Source: Candidatus Latescibacterota bacterium (GTDB lineage: Bacteria; Latescibacterota; UBA2968; GCA-2709665). From it: a stretch of DNA of 64,000 nt. Shown here in pieces: positions 1-8,913 of the stretch. Numbering within the stretch: position 1 is the stretch's first letter; every line of letters begins with the position of its first letter. The notes under the pieces are model-generated. The model had not been told where the DNA came from and did not search any database. It saw only the letters and a program-made list of their open reading frames with translations. The position numbers and the translations under genes are program-made. The DNA is taken from assembly GCA_965116875.1 (NCBI GenBank), contig OZ220733.1, positions 4,288,001 through 4,352,000 of the forward strand. The letters run 5' to 3'.

Positions 1-6
1 TCCGGG

Positions 7-507
7 ATGGGAGGAGCCACTGCGATGCCGCCGATGGAGATTGCACCCGGTATGGGATCCATTGCCATGTTCACCGACCCAGCTAAAAACACCATCGGAC
101 TCTACTGTCTGCCCGCCGAATGGGACGGCGAGATGCCGCCAAAGGGGAATGCGCCACCTGTTGTGCACTTCGAGGTCGGCGGAAGCGACGCGGAAGCGCT
201 TAACGACTTCTACACGGAGATGTTTGGCTGGCGGGCCAACCTTATGCATGAGATGAACTATCGACTCGTAGAGCAGGAACCGGAGGGCATCGGGGGCGGT
301 ATGTTCCAACACATGGACAATATGCCGCCAAACGCACCCTCGGTTGCCGTGATGGTTGACGACCTGCAGGCCTATCTTGACAAGGCTGTAAGCCTAGGCG
401 CGACGCCCGTGATGCAGCCAAACGAGATTCCCGGCGGCTTCGGTTCGCTTGCGATCTTTAACGATATCGCAGGCAATCGGATTTCCCTCTTCAAGCCGTC
501 TGAGTAG
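7..507 (+). CDS. VOC/glyoxalase family protein (tandem VOC domains; probably 5'-truncated by window edge)
   Basis: VVHFEVGG..FYTEMFGW..GIGGG..VDDL..AVSLGA..G.LAIFND.AGNRISL; an upstream half-domain ends in FTDPAKNTIGL. Confidence 0.85.
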   Translation: MGGATAMPPMEIAPGMGSIAMFTDPAKNTIGLYCLPAEWDGEMPPKGNAPPVVHFEVGGSDAEALNDFYTEMFGWRANLMHEMNYRLVEQEPEGIGGGMFQHMDNMPPNAPSVAVMVDDLQAYLDKAVSLGATPVMQPNEIPGGFGSLAIFNDIAGNRISLFKPSE

Positions 508-602
508 CACATCTATACAGGTAACTGACAATTCATCGGCAACGCTGCCAGGGCCAGGCACTGCGTCAAGACGGCGCGTTGAAACGGAATCCCCGCAAGT
601 CA

Positions 603-627
603 GGACCGGGAGCGTCGCCCCTGGTCT
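603..627. terminator. GC-rich hairpin between the VOC gene and the displaced gene 3' end
   Basis: GGACCGGG...CCTGGTCT inverted repeat just beyond the stop codon at 638-640 (minus strand). Confidence 0.4.
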
Positions 628-637
628 CGGAACGACT

Positions 638-730
638 TCACTTCCGGGTGTATCCCTTTGGCACCCAAACCCTTCTGGCCAGCTCTTTTTCGTAGTCGGA
701 TGGTACGATTTCGCCGAGGATGCTGGAGGG
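638..730 (-). pseudogene. Detached duplicate of the last 31 codons of the Gfo/Idh/MocA gene at 5205-6461
   Basis: Gapless alignment to 5205-5297, 71/93 nt identical by hand count; PSSILGEIVPSDYEKELARRVWVPKGYTRK* vs PSSILGDVEPSDEAKKLAREVWASTGYEGE*. Confidence 0.85.
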
Positions 731-745
731 CATCAGAAACTGTCA

Positions 746-1249
746 ATGAAAGCGGTGAAGACGATCTTCAACTTCGTGGCCACCTATTACGATTTTGAGC
801 GCAATTTCGCGGCGTTTTTAGATCGCGCCGAAGACGTCGCCCGTTTCGAGGCGCTCGGCACGACAGAGCAGGGCAACTCTGCGAAGACGTTACACATCGG
901 ATATCTGAAACGATGTGGGGCGATCGGATTCTATTGTCCGGATTGGGTCGTCGTTCAGGTCACAGATGGCGGCGAGGTATACTGGGTCGTGGAAACTAAA
1001 GGTCGAGTCTGGGAAGGTGCTGACGATATCAATACGGTAGTGCGGGAGTGGTGCAAGCGGGAAAGCGAAGCCACGGGAAATCCATGGAAGTACACACGCA
1101 TCGATCAGTCCGAGTTTTCCGACGAATACACCTCGTTCCGCACGTTACTCTGGAAGAAAGCGCTCAAAGCATCGAGTGAACGCCATCGGGAGATGCTGCC
1201 AGTGGCGCAAGAAGAAATCCGCCGGTGGAAAGGGGAGGGCCGAGGCTGA
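746..1249 (+). pseudogene. C-terminal PD-(D/E)xK nuclease fragment of a type III restriction Res-like protein, with an antitoxin-like tail
   Basis: FE..FA.FLD.A.DV..F, Y.PDWVV...YWVVETKG, WC......W.Y..I.Q pattern typical of Res C-termini; helicase part absent; ends QEEIRRWKGEGRG. Confidence 0.65.
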
Positions 1250-1683
1250 TAGCGACGGTAATCGAGGAACCTGTTATTGGGGCGCAGTTACGTCCAGATG
1301 GGGCGTATAGCGACTTTGCCCCTGTTTTGCCGGAACGACTGCATACCGAGTAGCGCATTGCACCGATCAATTTTTAGTTTGAAATTCGAAGCGTCCTGCT
1401 CATGGCGAATCGTCGCAATCGAATAGACCAGGGACAACTTGAAGCCTGCCTTGTTTAACTGACGGACGAGCTTACATTTTGAGAGGACTCGCAACGCTAT
1501 GAATCCGCGGTCCTGGACCTCGCGCAGTCGCATAGGCTGACCGTATACGATGCAAGCTATCTCGAAACCGCCGTCCGACGCAAAGCCAGGTTGGCGACAT
1601 TCGACGGGAACCTCGCAAAGGCAGCATTCAAAGAGAAAACCAACAATCCGGCGGTGGATTTGGGCGCGGTGCGGATGGGTTGA
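1246..1683 (+). pseudogene. vapC: VapC/PIN toxin pseudogene
   Basis: Hand translation from 1246: ...FEIRSVLLMANRRNRI...AVLDLAQSHRLTVYDASYLETAVRRKARLATFDGNLAKAA; four in-frame stops; start overlaps upstream TGA (CTGA in place of ATGA/GTGA). Confidence 0.8.
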
Positions 1684-2109
1684 TCGTGGTTCGGTGTCAC
1701 GCGTCTCCCTCTCGGGTTGCCCATCGAGAAACGGATTGGCTTCGTAAGATACATAACCAAGCCGAACCACGAGTGGCGTCGACGTGGGAATACCGACACC
1801 GACCAATTGGTTTTTGAGGATGTAGAATTGGTTGTATTGGATGAACAACGAGTAATCGTGGCCTTCCTCGTTTTCAGTATGATCGGCAACGGAGCAGTAG
1901 GTCCCCGGGGACTATTTTCTATTGAAGAAAGCTGATCTCCCGCAAGTAATCATCGTTAACCGAATTGACATCCATTTTCGCAAAACTCTGCTGGTACGAT
2001 AGTTGCAGCACTTGAACCATCCAACACTTTCTGCGTGGGTCACGGGCTTCCTGCCATGAACCCGCGGCGATGCCGGCTGTTCCGCATTTCAAGTGAAGGA
2101 TGGTTCAAC

Positions 2110-4209
2110 ATGACTGAGAAAACGGATGCACTCAAGCTCCTCAGGTTGGCTACGAATGACCTGGACGTTGACTTTCGGCGGGGCCAGTGGGAAGCGATCG
2201 ACGCCCTGGTGAACAGGAGGGCTCGACTGCTGGTTGTCGAGCGTACCGGATGGGGCAAGAGTTCGGTCTACTTCATCGCTACACGCATTCTCCGTAACAG
2301 AGGGCGCGGACCGACCCTGATCGTCTCGCCGCTCCTCGCCCTGATGCGAAATCAGATCGACGCCGCCTGTCGTTTGGGGATCCGCGCGCTCACGATCAAC
2401 TCTGCAAACAAAGAGGAGTGGCCGCGAATTCGGCGCGCCGTGCGGGAGAACGAAGCGGATGCGCTTCTGATTTCGCCCGAGAGGCTGGCGAACGACGAAT
2501 TCGTTGCAAGCGTCTTGCTGCCCGTTGCCGCTCGAATCGGGCTGCTGGTCGTCGATGAAGCGCATTGCATTTCTGACTGGGGGCATGACTTCCGTCCGGA
2601 CTACCGGCGACTCGTCGGCGTTTTGCGGCGAATGCCCGCCAGTGTGCCGATACTTGGCACAACGGCAACGGCGAACGACCGTGTGGTTGAGGATGTCCGG
2701 ACCCAGCTTGGCGATATCGATATACAGCGTGGAAACCTGGTGCGTCGAACACTTGCGCTCCAGAAAATGCGGCTGCCCTCGCAGGCGGAGCGATTGGCAT
2801 GGCTCGCGGAACGAATTGACTCTTTGCCTGGTACGGGAATCGTCTATACCCTAACCAGGCGCGATGCGAACCTCGTTGAAAAGTGGCTCCGGAGTCACGG
2901 TATTTCAGCGAGAGCGTACTATAGCGGCGTGAGGAGTGTCGACTTCGAGGACTCGAACGCATATCGTCTGCACCTCGAACAAAAGCTGCTCCGTAACGAA
3001 ATAAAGGCATTGGTGGCAACGACGGCGCTCGGCATGGGGTACGACAAACCGGACATCGGTTTCGTCGTCCACTACCAGGCGCCCGGTTCGATTGTCGCCT
3101 ACTATCAGCAGGTCGGCAGGGCCGGTCGCGCCATCTCACGCGCCATCGGAATATTGATGTCAGGAGACGAGGATGCCGACATTCATGAGTATTTCCGACG
3201 AAGCGCTTTTCCCATGGAGGAGTGGGTAACCGCTATACTCGGCGCCCTGGAAAAGAGCGATGGCTTGCGTATCAGTCAAATCGAAAGAGCCGTCAATCTG
3301 ACGCGCGGTCAGATTGAGCAAGTGCTCAAATTCCTGTCTGTGGACAGTCCTGCGCCTGTCATTCGATCCGGGTACAAATGGGCCCGCACGGCTGTAAAAT
3401 ACGTGATGGACCGTGAACGAATCCAGCGACTCACGGAAAAACGTGAAATCGAGTGGCAGGAGGTCCAGGAGTATATCGAAACAGACCGGTGCCTGATGGA
3501 ATTCCTCACCCGGTCGCTCGACGATATGGACCCGAAACCGTGCGGCAAATGTGCCTCATGCCGCCGTCGACCGCTCGTCAATCCGTCCTTCACTCGAAAG
3601 GCAGCCATAGCGGCATCCCGATTCCTTCGTCATTCCGAATTCGCGCTGCTATGCAACAGGCAGGTCGCCAGAGACGCATTCCACGAGTATGGCTTTCGCG
3701 GAAATCTGCCTACTGACCTCCGTGCGCAGACGGGACGGGTCCTCTCTCGATGGGGCGACGCGGGATGGGGGCAGTTGGTGGCTGATGACAAGCACCGTGG
3801 CCGCTTTCGTGATGACCTTGTGAATGCGGTTGTGGAGATGATGATCGACCGGTGGAGACCGTCTCCGACCCCCAAATGGGTCACGTGCGTCCCCTCCAGG
3901 AATCGACCGGACCTCGTCCCTGACTACGCGGAACGTTTGGCGGCGGCATTGGGACTGACGTTCGAACCGGTTGTAGCGAAGGTAAAGGACAACGATCCGC
4001 AGAAGCTGCAACAGAACCGATTCCATCAGTGCAGAAACCTCGACGGCGCATTCAAAATCGGCTGTCCCGTGCCGGACGGACCGGTCCTTCTGGTTGACGA
4101 CGTGGTCGACTCCGGCTGGACGATGACCGTAATCGCTGCGCTGCTAAGACAATCCGGAAGCGGGCCCGTATGGCCGATGGCTCTGGCGACCTCGAGAATG
4201 GCGGCGTGA
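2110..4209 (+). CDS. RecQ-family helicase fused to a C-terminal ComF-like phosphoribosyltransferase domain
   Basis: TGWGKS Walker A, DEAHCISDWGHDFRPDY, TATA, ALGMGYDKPD, YYQQVGRAGR, Zn motif C..CGKCASC, PRPP loop VLLVDDVVDSGWT; GAAGGA RBS before ATG 2110. Confidence 0.9.
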   Translation: MTEKTDALKLLRLATNDLDVDFRRGQWEAIDALVNRRARLLVVERTGWGKSSVYFIATRILRNRGRGPTLIVSPLLALMRNQIDAACRLGIRALTINSANKEEWPRIRRAVRENEADALLISPERLANDEFVASVLLPVAARIGLLVVDEAHCISDWGHDFRPDYRRLVGVLRRMPASVPILGTTATANDRVVEDVRTQLGDIDIQRGNLVRRTLALQKMRLPSQAERLAWLAERIDSLPGTGIVYTLTRRDANLVEKWLRSHGISARAYYSGVRSVDFEDSNAYRLHLEQKLLRNEIKALVATTALGMGYDKPDIGFVVHYQAPGSIVAYYQQVGRAGRAISRAIGILMSGDEDADIHEYFRRSAFPMEEWVTAILGALEKSDGLRISQIERAVNLTRGQIEQVLKFLSVDSPAPVIRSGYKWARTAVKYVMDRERIQRLTEKREIEWQEVQEYIETDRCLMEFLTRSLDDMDPKPCGKCASCRRRPLVNPSFTRKAAIAASRFLRHSEFALLCNRQVARDAFHEYGFRGNLPTDLRAQTGRVLSRWGDAGWGQLVADDKHRGRFRDDLVNAVVEMMIDRWRPSPTPKWVTCVPSRNRPDLVPDYAERLAAALGLTFEPVVAKVKDNDPQKLQQNRFHQCRNLDGAFKIGCPVPDGPVLLVDDVVDSGWTMTVIAALLRQSGSGPVWPMALATSRMAA

Positions 4210-4210
4210 C

Positions 4211-5194
4211 ATGAAATCAGGTTCCAATACGCAGGCTGTAACGCTGCTTACGGTCTCCTTTGGCAGATCCGACAGGTCGAAGGCAAAACCGCTCTCGCCG
4301 AAAGAATGGGCGCGCCTGGCGACGTGGCTCAGAAGTCGCAATCTGGAGGTGTCAGATCTGCTGAGAGGTGAATTGACGGGTCAGCTTGAGGGTTGGACGG
4401 ATCGTTCAATCACACTGTCCAGATTGGAAAGTCTTTTTGACCGGGGAGGCGCGCTTGGATTGGCGCAGGAGAAATGGCAGCGTGCCGGCCTCTGGATGAT
4501 GACGCAATGGGATTCGGAATATCCGGAAAAGTTGAAACGCCGGCTTGGATTGGAATGTCCACCCGTACTATTCGGCTGCGGAAACGAAATGCTCCTTGCA
4601 CGCGGCGGCATCGCCGTTGTTGGCTCTCGAGATGCAGGCCGGGAAGACCTCACTTTTGCCGGAGACCTTGGCGCTGCCGCCTCTGCACAGGGATATTCGG
4701 TCGTCTCGGGCGCGGCTCGCGGGGTGGACGAGAGCGCCATGTTGAGCGCACTGGAGAACGAAGGTACGGCAATCGGCGTTGTCGCAGACAGCCTGATGCG
4801 CGCGGCGACCTCTGAGAAATATCGCAGATTTCTTCTCTCGCGTGATCTGGCGCTGGTAACACCATTCAATCCGGAAGCGGGATTCAGCATTGGGAATGCG
4901 ATGTCCAGAAACCGGTACATCTATTGCCTGGCCGACGCGGCGATCGTGGTCAGCAGTACGCCGAATCGTGGAGGAACGTGGAACGGGGCGCTCGAAGACT
5001 TAAAGGCCGCATGGGTGCCTCTGTGGGTCAAACGCACGGCAAACGCGGAATCAGGAAATGCAATGCTCGTTCAGAAGGGTGCGCGCTGGATACCCGACGA
5101 TCTGGCGTCACTTGAATCCTTGACGGCATCAGGGCCGGATAAAGCGTTACGGCTCGAGCTTCCCCTGATGCGTCGGAGGAAGAGGCATCCATAA
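4211..5194 (+). CDS. DprA/SMF-family DNA-processing protein
   Basis: YPEKL..PPVLFGCG, IAVVGSR, VVSGAARGVD, AMSRNRYIY, GGTW; starts 1 nt after the helicase stop. Confidence 0.88.
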   Translation: MKSGSNTQAVTLLTVSFGRSDRSKAKPLSPKEWARLATWLRSRNLEVSDLLRGELTGQLEGWTDRSITLSRLESLFDRGGALGLAQEKWQRAGLWMMTQWDSEYPEKLKRRLGLECPPVLFGCGNEMLLARGGIAVVGSRDAGREDLTFAGDLGAAASAQGYSVVSGAARGVDESAMLSALENEGTAIGVVADSLMRAATSEKYRRFLLSRDLALVTPFNPEAGFSIGNAMSRNRYIYCLADAAIVVSSTPNRGGTWNGALEDLKAAWVPLWVKRTANAESGNAMLVQKGARWIPDDLASLESLTASGPDKALRLELPLMRRRKRHP

Positions 5195-5204
5195 AATCCA
5201 ATCG

Positions 5205-6461
5205 TCACTCCCCCTCGTATCCCGTTGACGCCCAGACCTCTCTGGCCAGCTTTTTCGCTTCGTCGGACGGTTCGACGTCGCCCAGGATGCTGGAAGGGGG
5301 CTGGCCTTCCTTCTTTCGGGCAGGGTCGGGCGACCAGTCGTCGTCTTCGTATTGCTTGCGCACGGTTTCGTCTCGGAAATCGGGCACATCCATGGTCGCC
5401 GAGTCGTTCAGCGCGGAACGCCAGGCCTGGATCCCGGCAATGCTCATGTCCAGGCCGCGGTAGACGTCGAGATACGGCTGTTTGCCCGCGCGGATCGCCT
5501 CGGCGAAGTGGTAGGTCGTGAAGAAGTCCCCGCCGCCGTGTCCCGTGCGGGTCGCCCGGTCATGATGGTGGGGGAAGTCGGGCTTGTAGACCGTTTCGAC
5601 CGGATCGCCCTTGCGCTTTTCCCATGGTTCGTACCAGACGCGCAGCCGCTGTCTGTCGCCGTGGCGGCAGTTTTCCATCACGCCTTTGTTTCCGTGAACA
5701 CGGACATAGTTGCCGTGACCGCGCAGCCCGCCGTGCAGGGACTTCATCACCGCGTCGTTGTCCATCCGGCAGATGATCACCGCTGCCGTGTCCGATCGCC
5801 TCATGTGCAGGGTCTGTGCCGGATCGGTGAAATCAAAGGGGATGACGAAGCCGTTCACCTTCGCAGGCCTCGTGTCGGTGATATACATCACCGGGGCGAT
5901 GGAGTGGGTGCAGTAGTACGTGGCGGGGACCCAGTTGCGCCAGTGGTTGCGTCCGCAGCTACGGGCCAGTTTAACCTCGGGCGGGTCCGGGTGGACGTAT
6001 TCGCCTTCGCCGTATTTGAACTCGCCCACGCGTCCTTTCTGATAGAGCCGCTTCATCTCCTGGTTGAAAACCATGTAGGGGTAATTTTCCGCGAACATGT
6101 AGGTCTTGCCGCTGTTTTCAACCGCCCGCGCCAGGGCCACGCCTTCGCCCAGCGTATGGCATGCAGCGGTCTCGCTCATCACGTGCTTGCCGGCGTCAAG
6201 GGCCTTTATGGCAAACGGCGCGTGCTCGTGGAAATAGTTCGCCAAGACGACCGCGTCGATGCCGCATCCAAGAAATTCGTCGTAATCAACGAAGGTCCGC
6301 ACATTCAGCGCCTCCCCTTTCGCGGCGAGTCGCTCTTCCCAGGTGTCGCAAATTGCGACGAGTTCCATTCCGGTTGCTCCGGCCGCTCTGGCAAAGGAGC
6401 GGCCCCGGCCGACACCGACCACGCCGACACGTATACGCTGTCTTCCGGTTTTTCCGGCCAT
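5205..6461 (-). CDS. Gfo/Idh/MocA family oxidoreductase
   Basis: VGVVGVGRG, HAPFAIKALDAGKHVMSE, GHGGGDFF; GGGAG RBS before ATG 6461. Confidence 0.9.
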   Translation of the reverse strand: MAGKTGRQRIRVGVVGVGRGRSFARAAGATGMELVAICDTWEERLAAKGEALNVRTFVDYDEFLGCGIDAVVLANYFHEHAPFAIKALDAGKHVMSETAACHTLGEGVALARAVENSGKTYMFAENYPYMVFNQEMKRLYQKGRVGEFKYGEGEYVHPDPPEVKLARSCGRNHWRNWVPATYYCTHSIAPVMYITDTRPAKVNGFVIPFDFTDPAQTLHMRRSDTAAVIICRMDNDAVMKSLHGGLRGHGNYVRVHGNKGVMENCRHGDRQRLRVWYEPWEKRKGDPVETVYKPDFPHHHDRATRTGHGGGDFFTTYHFAEAIRAGKQPYLDVYRGLDMSIAGIQAWRSALNDSATMDVPDFRDETVRKQYEDDDWSPDPARKKEGQPPSSILGDVEPSDEAKKLAREVWASTGYEGE

Positions 6462-6804
6462 GGTGCACTCCCTCGACGTTGCAGTGTAGTGGGTGAATAC
6501 GAAAACTCCGAATCCGACATCCGGTCTTCGAAAAGATAATCCTGATTTCCGAACTTCATATTGAATTTTCGACCGTGCCGCACCTGTCGAAAATTCACGT
6601 TTCTTGTCAACCTTGATTCGCAATTCTTCGTAAACGCTGATTACGACCTCAATACCCCATTTTGCACCGGTACTTTCTGTGCCTCTTTTCCTTTTTGTGG
6701 TAAATTTGACTGTAGTTTTTTTCAAATTGAGGTTAATATAGTCAGTAGCGGGCGCTCCGAACCGATTCGTATCTCTTGAGGACCGGTATCCTGCGTCAGA
6801 TCGA

Positions 6805-7656
6805 ATGACTCCCAGCCCCGCCGGAGAACAATTCGATATGGAAACCGAAGCGATAGAAAGAAAAGGACTGACGCGGGCGGAACGTTATTTCTTCGACGTC
6901 AACGGCTACGTCCTGCTCGAGCGTATTTTCAGTCCGGCGGAATGCGCGCGCCTGATCGATCTCGCGGACCAGATGGACGCTGACGACGGCTGCGCGTACA
7001 AGCACGACGGGTATCCGAAGACCCCGGCGCTCACGATACTCTCACGTTGCGCGTGGTATCATCCGCAACTGCTGGAAACCGCAATGCATCCGGTCCTGTT
7101 TCCAATCATGCAGGACGCGGTAGGGGGAGACGTGCGCCTGGAGGAGCATCAGTATCTTATCAACTATCCCATTGGGCCGGAAAAGGATACCGAATGCCAT
7201 GAATGCCGTGTGGCGGATGAGGGATGGCACAGGGGCATCGCGCCGAACGTTGGCAGCTTCGAAGCGAACGGGCACTATCACTGTATGTTCACCAAAGCCT
7301 TCATCTACCTGACCGATAACGGTCCGGGGGAGGGCACGTGGGTGGTGCCGGGGAGCCACCGGATGGACATGCCCACGGGAACGCTGCGCGAATTCATGGA
7401 CGGTACCGTGGCGCGGCAGCTCGAATCCCGTTCCGGTGACGTGCTCGTCCTGAGCGAAACGCTGATACACGCCGGTCCCAGATTGAAAGCCGGCGCGCGG
7501 CCGCGCTATTCGCTGGTCTACGGATACACGGCGCCGTTCATGCAGACGTGGAATCGTTACGACCCGCCGGCCGATCTGCTGGAACGGGTTACGCCCGAAC
7601 AACGCTGCCTGCTGACCGGTGAACTCCGATACGCATTCCGCCGCGGACAGTTCTGA
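6805..7656 (+). CDS. PhyH-family Fe(II)/2-oxoglutarate dioxygenase
   Basis: RYFFDVNGYVLL, WHRG, IYLTD..PGEGT.VVPGSH, SETLIHAG; start may be 6838. Confidence 0.8.
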   Translation: MTPSPAGEQFDMETEAIERKGLTRAERYFFDVNGYVLLERIFSPAECARLIDLADQMDADDGCAYKHDGYPKTPALTILSRCAWYHPQLLETAMHPVLFPIMQDAVGGDVRLEEHQYLINYPIGPEKDTECHECRVADEGWHRGIAPNVGSFEANGHYHCMFTKAFIYLTDNGPGEGTWVVPGSHRMDMPTGTLREFMDGTVARQLESRSGDVLVLSETLIHAGPRLKAGARPRYSLVYGYTAPFMQTWNRYDPPADLLERVTPEQRCLLTGELRYAFRRGQF

Positions 7657-7717
7657 GAATCCGCGGGGAATCCTGCATGCCCGCGGTGCGGCAGCCGGCG
7701 CACGGGAGGAGTCGGAT

Positions 7718-8863
7718 ATGGCGCAGGAAGAAAGGATGACGTTCCAGTCAGAGTACGTTCGCTGGCTCGTCGTCATCCTGTGTATTTACGTATTGCTGGT
7801 CGCCGTCGGCGTGATTGGCAAGGGCTTTCGACTGGAGTTCGGCAGGGAGGGCGTCACATCCCTGTTCGCACTTGGGACGAACCCGTTCGTCGGACTGGTG
7901 CTGGGTATACTGGCAACGGCGTTGCTCCAGTCTTCCAGCACGGTAACCTCCATCATCGTCGGTCTTGTAGCCGGAGGAATGCCCATCGCCGTCGCGATAC
8001 CGATGATCATGGGCGCCAACGTCGGGACGACGATCACCAATACGATCGTCAGCTTCGGGCACGTGGGCAAGTCGGACGAATTCAGGAAAGCATTTGCGGC
8101 CGCCACGGTGCACGATTTCTTCAACGTTCTGAGCATTGTGATTTTCCTGCCGCTGGAACTCACGTTCGGCTTTCTCCATAAACTGAGTGGTGAGTTGACC
8201 CATATCGTCGAGAACATCGGGACCGTCGACGCGGGCGGGAAGGGTATCTTCAAGGTCGTCATCGGTTTCGGGACCGGGCTTGTCGAGTCAATGGTCTCCT
8301 GGCTGCCTGACGTCTGGGCCGGGCTTGTTCTGATTATCGTGGGAATCGCGCTTATTCTGGTCTCGATCATGTACCTGGGGAAGGCCCTGAAGAGCGTGTT
8401 CGTGGGCAAGGCGCAGAGGTTCCTGCACGCGGCCGTCGGCAAGGGTCCGATTACCGGTATCTGCTCGGGGACGCTGGTTACCGTGCTGGTGCAGTCGTCC
8501 TCAACCACCACAAGCCTTATCGTGCCGTTGGCCGGGTCGGGTTTGATCCGGCTTCGCCACGTGTACCCGTTCACGCTCGGCGCAAACATCGGGACGACCA
8601 TTACCGCGCTTCTCGCCGCAACCGCGATCGCGGGCCCCACCCACGCCGTTGCCCACCAGATCGCGATCGCGCACTTTCTCTACAATCTGGTGGGGGTTAT
8701 CGTGATCTACGGCATCCCCTGGCTGCGGGACGTTCCAATTATGGGCGCCGAATGGCTGGCGCGCCTCGGCAGCGATCGGAAGTGGTTGGCCATCATATAT
8801 ATCGTCTTTGCGTTCTTCGGAATTCCGGCGGCGCTCGTGTTTGCGAACGCGTGGCTGTCCTGA
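7718..8863 (+). CDS. Na+/phosphate cotransporter (NptA/SLC34-like)
   Basis: Two repeats QSSS...GANVGTT and QSSSTTTS...GANIGTT; many TM helices; GGAGG RBS. Confidence 0.9.
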   Translation: MAQEERMTFQSEYVRWLVVILCIYVLLVAVGVIGKGFRLEFGREGVTSLFALGTNPFVGLVLGILATALLQSSSTVTSIIVGLVAGGMPIAVAIPMIMGANVGTTITNTIVSFGHVGKSDEFRKAFAAATVHDFFNVLSIVIFLPLELTFGFLHKLSGELTHIVENIGTVDAGGKGIFKVVIGFGTGLVESMVSWLPDVWAGLVLIIVGIALILVSIMYLGKALKSVFVGKAQRFLHAAVGKGPITGICSGTLVTVLVQSSSTTTSLIVPLAGSGLIRLRHVYPFTLGANIGTTITALLAATAIAGPTHAVAHQIAIAHFLYNLVGVIVIYGIPWLRDVPIMGAEWLARLGSDRKWLAIIYIVFAFFGIPAALVFANAWLS

Positions 8864-8913
8864 GCACCTGAAGCAACGTCCCGGCAATCGCTTTCAATGC
8901 AGGAGTATGCCCC

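Noticed and set aside
449-745. N-terminal extension of the 266-aa ORF 449..1249
   Set aside because: It overlaps the VOC gene and reads antisense through the duplicated Gfo 3' end; protein-like sequence starts only near ATG 746.
1288-1935. ORFs 1288..1848 (-), 1557..1889 (-) and 1717..1935 (+)
   Set aside because: Mostly antisense to the vapC pseudogene, with no recognisable motifs. 1690-1900 may be another gene relic but cannot be supported.
6462-6725. Upstream extension of the Gfo ORF to 6725
   Set aside because: It crosses an AT-rich divergent promoter region; the RBS and Rossmann motif point to ATG 6461.
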